From Persephonella marina EX-H1 (GTDB lineage Bacteria > Aquificota > Aquificia > Aquificales > Hydrogenothermaceae), in contig NC_012440.1 of assembly GCF_000021565.1 (NCBI RefSeq), positions 1,858,373 to 1,890,372 on the forward strand: DNA of 32,000 nucleotides, given 5' to 3'. The position numbers were made by a program, and so were the translations under genes. Of this stretch, positions 9,244 through 17,179 are shown one piece after another (within the stretch, counting starts at the first letter, position 1; every line of letters begins with the position of its first letter). The notes beneath the pieces were generated by a model. That model saw only the letters and a program-made list of their open reading frames with translations, was not told where the DNA came from and ran no database searches.

Positions 9244-9639
9244 TTATTCAGTACACATAAGAACGAAAAACTCCCTTGATCCTTCGTCATAGTAACTGTC
9301 TATTATCTTTGCCTTTATCACCCTCCCTGATGTTGTCTGAACTGTGTAAAGCTGTAGTCCTGATACAGTTCCTCCCCTTGTTCCCCTTAAAAAATGCTCA
9401 ACAGAGGAATCAACCCTTACCCCCATCTGTCTTGCTATCTCATCTATAGCCCTTGCAATAGCTGTTGCCCTCTGGTACGCAAAACCTCTAACATGCATGG
9501 CCGAATACCCAACACCGCATATCTTACCTTTCTGATAGTATGACTTGTATATCCATTCTGGTTTTTCACTGCTCTCCTTTGATGGTAATGAACAGGAAGA
9601 GACAATAATTAAAAGAATAAGAATAAAAGTTCTTCTCAT
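9244..9639 (-). CDS. Small lipoprotein, LPP20/FlgT-N-like
   Basis: Lipobox IVSSC, PEWIYKSYYQKGKICGVGYSAM...AYQRATAIARAIDEIARQMGVRVDSS: the 'W-GVG-A---A---AR-ELA' pattern of LPP20-like domains. Confidence 0.72.
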   Translation of the reverse strand: MRRTFILILLIIVSSCSLPSKESSEKPEWIYKSYYQKGKICGVGYSAMHVRGFAYQRATAIARAIDEIARQMGVRVDSSVEHFLRGTRGGTVSGLQLYTVQTTSGRVIKAKIIDSYYDEGSREFFVLMCTE

Positions 9640-9651
9640 CCTATTATCCTT

Positions 9652-9677
9652 AAAGGGTGCAAAGAAGCACCCTTTTT
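9652..9677 (+). terminator. Strong intercistronic hairpin, terminator-like on plus
   Basis: AAAGGGTGC-AAAGAA-GCACCCTTT (9-bp perfect stem) followed by TT on plus (TTTTT in total). It lies between two minus-strand genes. Confidence 0.5.
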
Positions 9678-9679
9678 AT

Positions 9680-10267
9680 CTACTGGCTTTCTAACTTCTG
9701 TATCTCTCTCTCAAGCTCCTCATACGCTTTTTTAGCCTGGAACTGTTGCCATAGGGCTCTTTCATTTTTAAAGCTTGAAAGTGTAGCCTGTCTGACAGCC
9801 TCTTTTACAGCTCCTGGATCAAGAACAACAAGAACGTAAAGTTCACCACTTGGTGAGATCCACATATCCTTCTGTTTTGTTCCTTGTAACACCTGACTTG
9901 TAACCTGTTTTGAGACCTGTGCTGAAACCTTATCAACCGTTGTCTGGTCTCCTATTCCTGTAGTCTGTGTAAAGTTCTTTATCATATTTTTAACCTTTAT
10001 TGATAGCATTCTCGCAAGCTCATCACGGGCATTTGCAAGGGCTTCAGTTCTTGCAAACTGTATACCTGCAGGTCCTATTTTTGCCGATCCAACGGCTGCA
10101 AGACCTCCCTCAACTTCAGGATTTAAAACCCATTTTGGTGCATTTGCAAACTCTTTCTTCCACTGTTCAGCCTGAACCTGCTCAACCTTTTTCTCCTTCT
10201 TTCCACAGGATGTTGTCATTAATGGGATTAAAGCAACAATAGATAAAAGAAGTATAAGTTTTCTCAT
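9680..10267 (-). CDS. LPP20-like lipoprotein (195 aa)
   Basis: Lipobox MTTSCGKK, PKWVLNPEVEGGLAAVGSAKIGPAGIQFARTEALANARDELARMLSIKVKNMIKNF..., and MWISPSGELYVLVVLD. Confidence 0.82.
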   Translation of the reverse strand: MRKLILLLSIVALIPLMTTSCGKKEKKVEQVQAEQWKKEFANAPKWVLNPEVEGGLAAVGSAKIGPAGIQFARTEALANARDELARMLSIKVKNMIKNFTQTTGIGDQTTVDKVSAQVSKQVTSQVLQGTKQKDMWISPSGELYVLVVLDPGAVKEAVRQATLSSFKNERALWQQFQAKKAYEELEREIQKLESQ

Positions 10268-10303
10268 TTCTAAAACCCTCCTTGTCTGTTCTTTATAATT
10301 AAT

Positions 10304-12178
10304 TTATTTCTTTACAACTATCCTTGTTGGTGAAAAATACCCGACTGTGTAACCGAGTATACTTTCAAGGGCATTTGCTAAATAAACAGGGTTTTCAAGA
10401 TACTCAACCCTAAACTTCCCTTTTCCTATATCTTCAACTGATTTAACCCATGGGAGCTTCTGTATCTCCGACTTTATCTCAAAGTTCTCAGATACAGATT
10501 TTATTCCCTCAAACTGAACTGTTACAACCTTTCTCTTAGACGCAAGATATCTGTCTATCTTTTTGAGAATATCATCAGCTAAAACCTGTGAGAGCGATTC
10601 CATAGCTCTGTTTTCAGCTTCCTCAATATTTGGGGCTGTTCCCTTAGCTTTTACAGATCCTGAAGCGAGTATTCTTACCTTTCCTTTATCTTTGACAAGG
10701 AGATAGTACTGGGCCTGTGCAAGAACAACGTTGAAAGCAGATTTTATCCCGTAACCTATATCCTGTCCACCTTTAGTTTTAGGTATGAATTTTATCTTTC
10801 CTATTATTGTTGCTCCTGCAAGATTCCTTGAGAAAAGATTTCTTAAAGTTATAAACCTTTTCTGTGATATAGCCTTTTCTACCTTATAAGGATCTATATT
10901 TGGATCCCCTGCAAAATCATAAACCTCAAATCCCTGCTCATTGAGTATATTTATCAGGTTTGTTGTAACAGGGTTCATCTCATCAAGCTCAACAGATCTA
11001 TCTTTCTGAACTATTAAAAGAACATTAAAGGCTGTATTTCTTGACAATAAACTTAAAGCCTTTTCTGCCTCTCTTGGATAAACACATCCTTCTATGGTTA
11101 TCTGGACAGCATCACCAAAGTTCTTCTCATCAATTATCTTTACATCCCTTATAAAACCTTTAACATCCTTCAGTATGATCTCATCAAGCATCTTGAAGTT
11201 CTCAAGAACTGATTTCACCTGAATATCAGTTCCTAATGCCTTTTCAAGAGCATCCCATTTTGCCCTTGCAAACGCTTCCATCTTTGCAGAGCTGTAATCT
11301 CTTATGATTGCAGCTTCTCCAACACCTACAGATTTTATACATCTCACAGGTTTGGAAGGTTTCTTTTCAACTTTTTTTACAGGCTCTTTTACTACCCTCT
11401 GAACCTCTCTTTTTTCTTCAACAACTGGTTTTTCGGCCTTTTTCTCCTGTATTACTACCGGTTTTCTCTCCTCACCTGTATAGGCAGAGATTTTTATATT
11501 ACCGATTAGAGCTGGATTCTCCTCATATGGGACATCTGTACCGAACATTTTATAAAATAAGATGCCAAACCCTGCAGGTTTTACCTGAAATCTTACAGGT
11601 TTCTTAGCAGCCCTCTTTCCATCTATAAATACAGTTATCCTTCCACCTTTTACAGAGATCTGTACTCTGTGTATCTGACCTTCCTCTACAGATCTTTTAA
11701 ACATCCCGTATATCTTGTGGTGTTCAACAGGTGTTTCAGAGAAACCAAAATCAACCTCATCTATGCTTCCAAGAACTCCAAGGAGTATGCCAGCATCATA
11801 TGTGTAAAGTTCCTTTTTCTTTATCCTCTCTTCCTGAGAGGGTGAGTAAAGGGCAAACTTAACGTAAGGTTTTCCCTCCTTAAATGCGTAATAATCAAAC
11901 TCAATTGAAAACTCATCTGGAAATTTTTCCGATCTGTAAAGGAACGTTCCAGCCTCTAAAGGTCTTATCCATCTAACACCTTTATAATCTACACAGTCGT
12001 AGCTTTTGAATATTATCTGAAAATCAGGTGAGACATCACCAACAGGACAGTTTGATCCATCAAACTGGTATATAACCTTACTTCCGGGAATAAAACTTTC
12101 AGAAACTCCAAAAGGAGACTGGGCGTAAGCCCAGCTTATTATCAAAAGAAATAATCCAAATAAACCCCTCATCTTCAC
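10304..12178 (-). CDS. Large exported protein: N-terminal LamG/concanavalin-like beta domain, Pro/Lys/Glu linker, LPP20/FlgT-N-like domain, FlgT/CsgG-like C-terminal region
   Basis: SPI signal peptide (SWAYA-Q). SIEFDYYAFKEGKPYVKFALYS...HRVQISVKGGRITVFIDGKRAAKKPVRF is laminin/glucanase-like. The linker is EKKAEKPVVEEKREVQRVVKEPVKKVEKKPSKP. It is followed by CIKSVGVGEAAIIRDYSSAKMEAFARAKWDALEKALGTDIQ... An ATG at 12172 may be the real start. Confidence 0.75.
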   Translation of the reverse strand: MKMRGLFGLFLLIISWAYAQSPFGVSESFIPGSKVIYQFDGSNCPVGDVSPDFQIIFKSYDCVDYKGVRWIRPLEAGTFLYRSEKFPDEFSIEFDYYAFKEGKPYVKFALYSPSQEERIKKKELYTYDAGILLGVLGSIDEVDFGFSETPVEHHKIYGMFKRSVEEGQIHRVQISVKGGRITVFIDGKRAAKKPVRFQVKPAGFGILFYKMFGTDVPYEENPALIGNIKISAYTGEERKPVVIQEKKAEKPVVEEKREVQRVVKEPVKKVEKKPSKPVRCIKSVGVGEAAIIRDYSSAKMEAFARAKWDALEKALGTDIQVKSVLENFKMLDEIILKDVKGFIRDVKIIDEKNFGDAVQITIEGCVYPREAEKALSLLSRNTAFNVLLIVQKDRSVELDEMNPVTTNLINILNEQGFEVYDFAGDPNIDPYKVEKAISQKRFITLRNLFSRNLAGATIIGKIKFIPKTKGGQDIGYGIKSAFNVVLAQAQYYLLVKDKGKVRILASGSVKAKGTAPNIEEAENRAMESLSQVLADDILKKIDRYLASKRKVVTVQFEGIKSVSENFEIKSEIQKLPWVKSVEDIGKGKFRVEYLENPVYLANALESILGYTVGYFSPTRIVVKK

Positions 12179-12187
12179 CCTCTCTTA

Positions 12188-13387
12188 TTAAAATAGGCCC
12201 TCTTTCATCGGTTTTCTCTCAACAAGCTGTCCAACTCTAACTCTCATTATCTGTTTCTCATCCCCTTTAACAACCGTCCAGGCCTTGTTCTCCTGTATCT
12301 GATTTGTAACCTCAAGTGTCACAGGGAGCTTCACCATATCACACTCTTCTGTTTTCTTGAAAGGATCAACAACAACCTGGAATGTGTAAACATAAAACTC
12401 CTGACCGGGCTGAACACCTGCCTTTGATCCAACATTTATAAGAGCGTATCTTGATTTTTTATCAGGTGCTGTTCTTGTCTGGATTATATATCCTCTGACC
12501 TTGAAGTATTTTGAGAGATCCTCTTTAGCCTCGGCTATAGCATTCATAGCAGCCTTTTTTATACCACCTATGATCGCATCAAATGTTAGCTGTGGTGTTT
12601 TTCCAAGAACTTCCCTTCCTGAGATATTCTTCGCAAGAACAACCTCTCCGGTCTCTACATCTATTATCTTTATTGTTAGATCTGTAGAAAGATTCCATCC
12701 TTCCTGTGTTTCTATGGCAGCAGCTGCTATAGCTCCAACAAGACCAAGATGCTGAGAGAGACCTTTTTTAGCATACTCAGCGGATATCCATTTAAGATTA
12801 ACGTTGTTCACAGAACCTGTGATTATGTACTTAACACCTGCAAGTTTTCCAAGCTGAACGAGCGTGTTAACATCTGTAAGTCCTGACTGCTGAAACTGCT
12901 GTTCCTGCATAACCTTTTGGAGATCTCTCCTTGTGTAAACCTTTGCTCCACCCATCTCAACAAGCTGAGCTGTAACACCCTCTGCAACACTCTCTCCAAG
13001 TCTTGCATTAACATCCCTTGTTACCATCTCAAGCTGTTTCTGATAATCTCCCGCTGTCGCCTCACCGTAAACAATACCTACAGCTCCTGGAGCAACACCA
13101 ACACCTGCTGCTCCGACTGTAGCTTCTTTGTACTGACCGGTCTCCTGAGATTGTAAAACCTTTGCAGCATCAAAGGTTGTATTGTTTGTAAAATCAACAA
13201 CCGCAACCCTTGGAATAGCCATCTCATAAGCTGTTTTACATGCCTCAGGAATTTCTTCAACTTTCCTGTCAAGGGGTGTTATATCGTAGGCTGTTGGGTC
13301 TACCTCCTTAACCCCTCCTACACAGGAAAATAGAAATGAAGCCATAAAGACAGATGCACAAAAAACGGCAGCCTTTCGGATTCTCAT
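12188..13387 (-). CDS. CsgG/HfaB-family outer-membrane secretion/assembly lipoprotein with C-terminal FlgT-C-like SH3-type tail
   Basis: Lipobox LFSCVGG; IPRVAVVDFTNNT, GESVAEGVTAQLVEMGGAKVYTRRDLQKVMQEQQFQQSGLTD, LGKLAGVKYIITGSV, STDLTIKIIDVETGEVVLAKNISGRE, and a tail with ALINVGSKAGVQPGQEFYVYT. Confidence 0.9.
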   Translation of the reverse strand: MRIRKAAVFCASVFMASFLFSCVGGVKEVDPTAYDITPLDRKVEEIPEACKTAYEMAIPRVAVVDFTNNTTFDAAKVLQSQETGQYKEATVGAAGVGVAPGAVGIVYGEATAGDYQKQLEMVTRDVNARLGESVAEGVTAQLVEMGGAKVYTRRDLQKVMQEQQFQQSGLTDVNTLVQLGKLAGVKYIITGSVNNVNLKWISAEYAKKGLSQHLGLVGAIAAAAIETQEGWNLSTDLTIKIIDVETGEVVLAKNISGREVLGKTPQLTFDAIIGGIKKAAMNAIAEAKEDLSKYFKVRGYIIQTRTAPDKKSRYALINVGSKAGVQPGQEFYVYTFQVVVDPFKKTEECDMVKLPVTLEVTNQIQENKAWTVVKGDEKQIMRVRVGQLVERKPMKEGLF

Positions 13388-13519
13388 ATCTGCTCCTCCC
13401 AGATTGATCTGTTATTAAATCATCATATTTTTATATTATGTTATTATGAATGAAAGATAGTACACATTTATAATTATAAGTGAATTAATATTATAGTAAA
13501 TACCTGGGAGGAAAATGTA

Positions 13520-14149
13520 ATGGGAAAATTACCTGTATATACATTAATGATTTTATCATTGATCTTTTTCTCAATCTCATGTGGAGGTAAAAAAACTGTA
13601 AAGCAGAGTCCTTACGAAGTTCAGCAGGAAAAGGCAAGAAAAGCCTTTGAAGAACTTGAAGAGGAGTCTGAAAAACCTGTTGAACAGCTGAAACTACCTC
13701 TTGAAGACCAGAAAAAACCTGAAAAAAAAGCTGTAAAAAAGAAGCCTGAGGTAACAAAAAGAGAGGTAAAGATAGCAAAAAGAGAGATTAAAACAAAATA
13801 CCCTTTAAAAAACGGCTATCCTGTATGGGTTTATAATCCAAACTATGATGGATATCTTGGAGCTGTGGGTATAGCAAAAAAAACCAGAGGAGGGTATCCT
13901 CAGCAGAAGAGAACAGCTGTAGCTATAGCACAGGCAAATCTTGCAAAACAGATAAAGATACTGGTAAATGCTGAAGTAACTACAGAAAAGATAAATGTTG
14001 ATACAAGAACTCTCCAGTACTACAGGTCAAAGATAAGATCTCTTTCCAAACAGGAAGCCCAGGCGTACCTCAGAAATACAAAGGTTATGGATGAATGGAT
14101 AGATCCTAAAACAGGAGATCTTTATGTCTGGGTTGTCCTTGAAAAATAG
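13520..14149 (+). CDS. LPP20-like lipoprotein, divergent from the CsgG gene
   Basis: Lipobox FSISCGGKK, a Lys/Glu-rich linker, then YPVWVYNPNYDGYLGAVGIAKKTRGGYPQQKRTAVAIAQANLAKQIKILVNAEVTTEK...MDEWIDPKTGDLYVWVVLE. This matches the layout of the 9680..10267 product. RBS TGGGAGG upstream. Confidence 0.82.
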   Translation: MGKLPVYTLMILSLIFFSISCGGKKTVKQSPYEVQQEKARKAFEELEEESEKPVEQLKLPLEDQKKPEKKAVKKKPEVTKREVKIAKREIKTKYPLKNGYPVWVYNPNYDGYLGAVGIAKKTRGGYPQQKRTAVAIAQANLAKQIKILVNAEVTTEKINVDTRTLQYYRSKIRSLSKQEAQAYLRNTKVMDEWIDPKTGDLYVWVVLEK

Positions 14150-14583
14150 GACCTGATATTTTCAAATATCTCGTCCTGCAGACTGAACATAACCTGTGCT
14201 TCTTTTTCTGATCTCTCATGATCGTAGCCTAAAAGATGAAGTATACCGTGTATGAGAAGTCTGATTATCTCCTCCCTGTAAGGTAAACCTATCTCTTCAG
14301 CCTGCTTTTTAGCGTATGGGAGGGAGATAACAACATCTCCCAGTATCCTGTACCTGTACTTAGGAGGCTTCTCATCTATAGGGAAAGAGAGAACATCTGT
14401 AGGTTTATCTTTCCCCCTCCACTGCCTGTTAATCTCTTTTATAGTGCTATCGTCTGTAAGAGTTATACTTATCTCTACATTATCAATATTAAGGTGTTCT
14501 AATATCTTTTCAACAGCCTCTTTAACAAACTTTTTAGTTATACTTCTGTCTCCCAGCTCTTTATTTATAAGTATCCTGTTCAT
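14122..14583 (-). CDS. ybeY: Endoribonuclease YbeY, rRNA maturation
   Basis: Metal-binding HGILHLLGYDHERSEKEAQVMFSLQDEI and DVLSFPIDEKPPKYRYRILGDVVIS. Confidence 0.96.
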   Translation of the reverse strand: MNRILINKELGDRSITKKFVKEAVEKILEHLNIDNVEISITLTDDSTIKEINRQWRGKDKPTDVLSFPIDEKPPKYRYRILGDVVISLPYAKKQAEEIGLPYREEIIRLLIHGILHLLGYDHERSEKEAQVMFSLQDEIFENIRSYFSRTTQT

Positions 14584-14586
14584 ATA

Positions 14587-15558
14587 TTATTCCTTTTCCT
14601 GTTCGTATCTGTCGTAAGCTTTTATAATTCTCTGGACAACCGGATGTCTCACAACATCCTTCTCTGAAAATCTTACAAAACCTATCCCCTGAACATCCTT
14701 TAAAACCTCAAGTGCCTCAACAAGACCTGACTGTGATACCTTTGGAAGGTCTATCTGTGTTATATCTCCCGTTATAACAGCCTTTGAACCAAACCCTATC
14801 CTTGTCAGGAACATCTTCATCTGTTCTTTTGTTGTGTTCTGTGCCTCATCAAGAATGATAAAAGCATCATTCAAGGTTCTCCCTCTCATAAATGCGAGAG
14901 GTGCTATCTCTATAATATTTTTCTCAAGCATATCGGCTATCTTACCAGCATCAACCATCTCATAAAGAGCATCATAAAGAGGTCTCAGATAAGGGTCCAC
15001 TTTCTCTGTTAATGTTCCCGGGAGAAATCCAAGCTTTTCTCCAGCCTCAACAGCAGGTCTTGTAAGTATAATTCTGTTAACCCTGTTCTGCTTGAGATAT
15101 GAGACAGCCATAGCCATTGCAAGGTAAGTTTTTCCTGTTCCGGCTGGACCTACACCAAATGTTATATCGTTCTTCTTTATAGTCTCAACGTAAAGCTTCT
15201 GTGTAGGCGTTTTTGCCATTATAGGCTTTTTTCTGTGTGTAAAAAGTATAGCCTCTCCTTCTTCTCTGTATGGCTTCTCCTTTATTTCAGACTCAGCCTT
15301 AAATCCTATAGCAAGATTTCTTACATCCTGAGGTGAAAGTATATGTCCTACCTCAAAGTATGATGATACCTTCTCTAAAAACTCCTCAAACCTGTCTAAA
15401 GCCTCCTGAGAACCTTCAGCTATAAGACTTGTTCCCCTAGCAAAGATATGTATACCGAATATCTCCTCAAAGAACTTTATATTCTCATCCTTGTTCCCAA
15501 CAACATTAAAAAATGCCTCTACCGGTATCTGTACTTCTAACTTTAAAATTTTTATCAA
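14587..15558 (-). CDS. phoH: PhoH-family ATPase
   Basis: TFGVGPAGTGKTYLAMAMAVSYL, TRPAVEAGEKLGFLPGTLTEKVDPYLRPLYDAL, FIILDEAQNTTKEQMKMFLTRIGFGSKAVITGDITQIDLP. Confidence 0.96.
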   Translation of the reverse strand: MIKILKLEVQIPVEAFFNVVGNKDENIKFFEEIFGIHIFARGTSLIAEGSQEALDRFEEFLEKVSSYFEVGHILSPQDVRNLAIGFKAESEIKEKPYREEGEAILFTHRKKPIMAKTPTQKLYVETIKKNDITFGVGPAGTGKTYLAMAMAVSYLKQNRVNRIILTRPAVEAGEKLGFLPGTLTEKVDPYLRPLYDALYEMVDAGKIADMLEKNIIEIAPLAFMRGRTLNDAFIILDEAQNTTKEQMKMFLTRIGFGSKAVITGDITQIDLPKVSQSGLVEALEVLKDVQGIGFVRFSEKDVVRHPVVQRIIKAYDRYEQEKE

Positions 15559-15613
15559 CCTCCTTAAAGATTTTTACTGTGATAATTTATTCAAAAATCA
15601 ATAATTTCAAGTT

Positions 15614-16123
15614 TTAAAGACTGAACCACCCTTCAGGAAGATCTACAACAACCTTTCTTCCTTCTGTATCAACTTCCTTAACAAACTCTTTGATAAAAGG
15701 AAGATGTCTGACCTTATCATCAACACATTTTATTATCAGGTAGGCTGTTGGAAGTCTATCATCAACCTTTATTATCTTTCCTATAACCTTCCCATTAAAA
15801 ATAACATCCATATCAATAAGCTGGTACTCATAGAACTGATCCTTATCAAGCTCCGGAAGTTTATGACTCTCAACATAAAAGTATCTGTGTTTTATCTTTT
15901 TCGCCTTGTCTATATCGTCAAACCCTTTAAACCTGATAAGATTTTTCTTTTTTGAGAAATGTTCAATATAGAGTGGAACAAAATTTCCCTCTTTATCCTT
16001 TATGTAAATAACATCTGGAAGATCAAAGTTTGGTGGAAAGATCTCTATCTTAAGATCACCTCTAACGCCGTGAGTTCCGTGTATCTTTCCTGCTATTACA
16101 AAATCCTCCCTTTTCTCTCCCAT
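15614..16123 (-). CDS. rimM: Ribosome maturation factor RimM
   Basis: IAGKIHGTHGVRGDLKIEIFP, QYELIDMDV...GKIIKVDDRLPTAYLII, LPFIKEFVKEVDTEGRKVVVDLPEGWF. Confidence 0.94.
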   Translation of the reverse strand: MGEKREDFVIAGKIHGTHGVRGDLKIEIFPPNFDLPDVIYIKDKEGNFVPLYIEHFSKKKNLIRFKGFDDIDKAKKIKHRYFYVESHKLPELDKDQFYEYQLIDMDVIFNGKVIGKIIKVDDRLPTAYLIIKCVDDKVRHLPFIKEFVKEVDTEGRKVVVDLPEGWFSL

Positions 16124-16128
16124 CTTTT

Positions 16129-16527
16129 TTATCTGCCTCTTCTTGTGGCTATATTTATCTCCTCTATGCCGTTCTGTTTTGCTATATCCATAACCTTTAC
16201 AACCTTCCCGTACTGAACTCTTCTATCTGCGATGATAACTAGTGATTTACTTGTCTGACTTTTTATATACTCTGCTATCTCCTTTTCTGACACCTTTTTA
16301 TTTCTTATATAGTAGTTACCTTCCTTATCAACAATGATCTTGAGAGGTTCAACAGATGTTTTTTCTGCTGTTGCCTTTGGAAGTTCAACATTTATTGAAG
16401 ATATAGGAGCAAGTGTACTCACTATCCCAAGGAACAGAATTATTATGAATGCTATATCAACAAGAGCTGTCATATCAACTATAAAGTTACTGTTGTCTTC
16501 AAGCCTGCTGAACTTTCTGAAATTCAT
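16129..16527 (-). CDS. TolR/ExbD-family proton-channel partner
   Basis: IVDMTALVDIAFIIILFLGIVSTL: the single TM helix with the conserved Asp near its cytosolic end, plus the periplasmic domain ...LVIIADRRVQYGKVVKVMDIAKQNGIEEINIA. Confidence 0.9.
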   Translation of the reverse strand: MNFRKFSRLEDNSNFIVDMTALVDIAFIIILFLGIVSTLAPISSINVELPKATAEKTSVEPLKIIVDKEGNYYIRNKKVSEKEIAEYIKSQTSKSLVIIADRRVQYGKVVKVMDIAKQNGIEEINIATRRGR

Positions 16528-17171
16528 CTCTCACTTCCTTTCTGTTCAATATTTGTAAGCTGGTAAACAAGCTCAACAGCAAGACTTTCAAGTTGAGTAA
16601 CAAGGAAGTTAACCTTTGACTTGAAATACCAGTAAGCAGCAAGAGAAGGGATAGCTATTGAAAGACCAAAAGCTGTTGTTATCAATGCCTGAGATATACC
16701 TTTTGAGAGAAGTTCTGGATTACTCAAGCCTTCAAGAGATAACGCCTCAAAAACCTGTATCATACCTGTAACAGTTCCAAGGAAACCCAGTATAGGTGCT
16801 ATAGCTGCTATGGCACCCATAGCATTAACATAACCTTCAAGTTTTGGTATCTCCATCCTTGCGGCCTCTTCAGCAGCAAGCCTCAGATCATTTTCTGATC
16901 TCCTTCCCTTAATAAAAGCCTCAAGAATTCCAGCTATAAGACTTGTGGCAACGCTGTTTGAGGATTTTGCAACGGTTAAAGCCTCTGGAACTCTACCTTC
17001 CTTAAGGTAAAAATCTATCTCCTCTATCTTTTTAACAGGGAAACATCTCTTAAATGATAGTGAGAAAGATCTCTCTATGATGAAAGCAACAGCAAGAACA
17101 CCTAAAAATAACAGGGGATACATTAAAGGTCCGCCTTTCTGGAAGATCTGTATTACATATTCCAAGCTCAT
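16524..17171 (-). CDS. TolQ/ExbB/MotA-family proton channel protein
   Basis: GGPLMYPLLFLGVLAVAFIIERS and AIAAIAPILGFLGTVTGMIQVFEALS...SKGISQALITTAFGLSIAIPSLAAYWYF. ATGA overlap with the tolR-like ORF. Confidence 0.94.
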   Translation of the reverse strand: MSLEYVIQIFQKGGPLMYPLLFLGVLAVAFIIERSFSLSFKRCFPVKKIEEIDFYLKEGRVPEALTVAKSSNSVATSLIAGILEAFIKGRRSENDLRLAAEEAARMEIPKLEGYVNAMGAIAAIAPILGFLGTVTGMIQVFEALSLEGLSNPELLSKGISQALITTAFGLSIAIPSLAAYWYFKSKVNFLVTQLESLAVELVYQLTNIEQKGSER

Positions 17172-17179
17172 TCCTCCTT

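Noticed and set aside
9657-13778. Plus-strand or minus-strand shadow ORFs at 9657, 10000, 11308, 12501, 12823, 12917, 13078 and 13491
   Set aside because: All lie opposite well-supported exported-protein genes. The Leu/Gln-rich translations are typical antisense artefacts.
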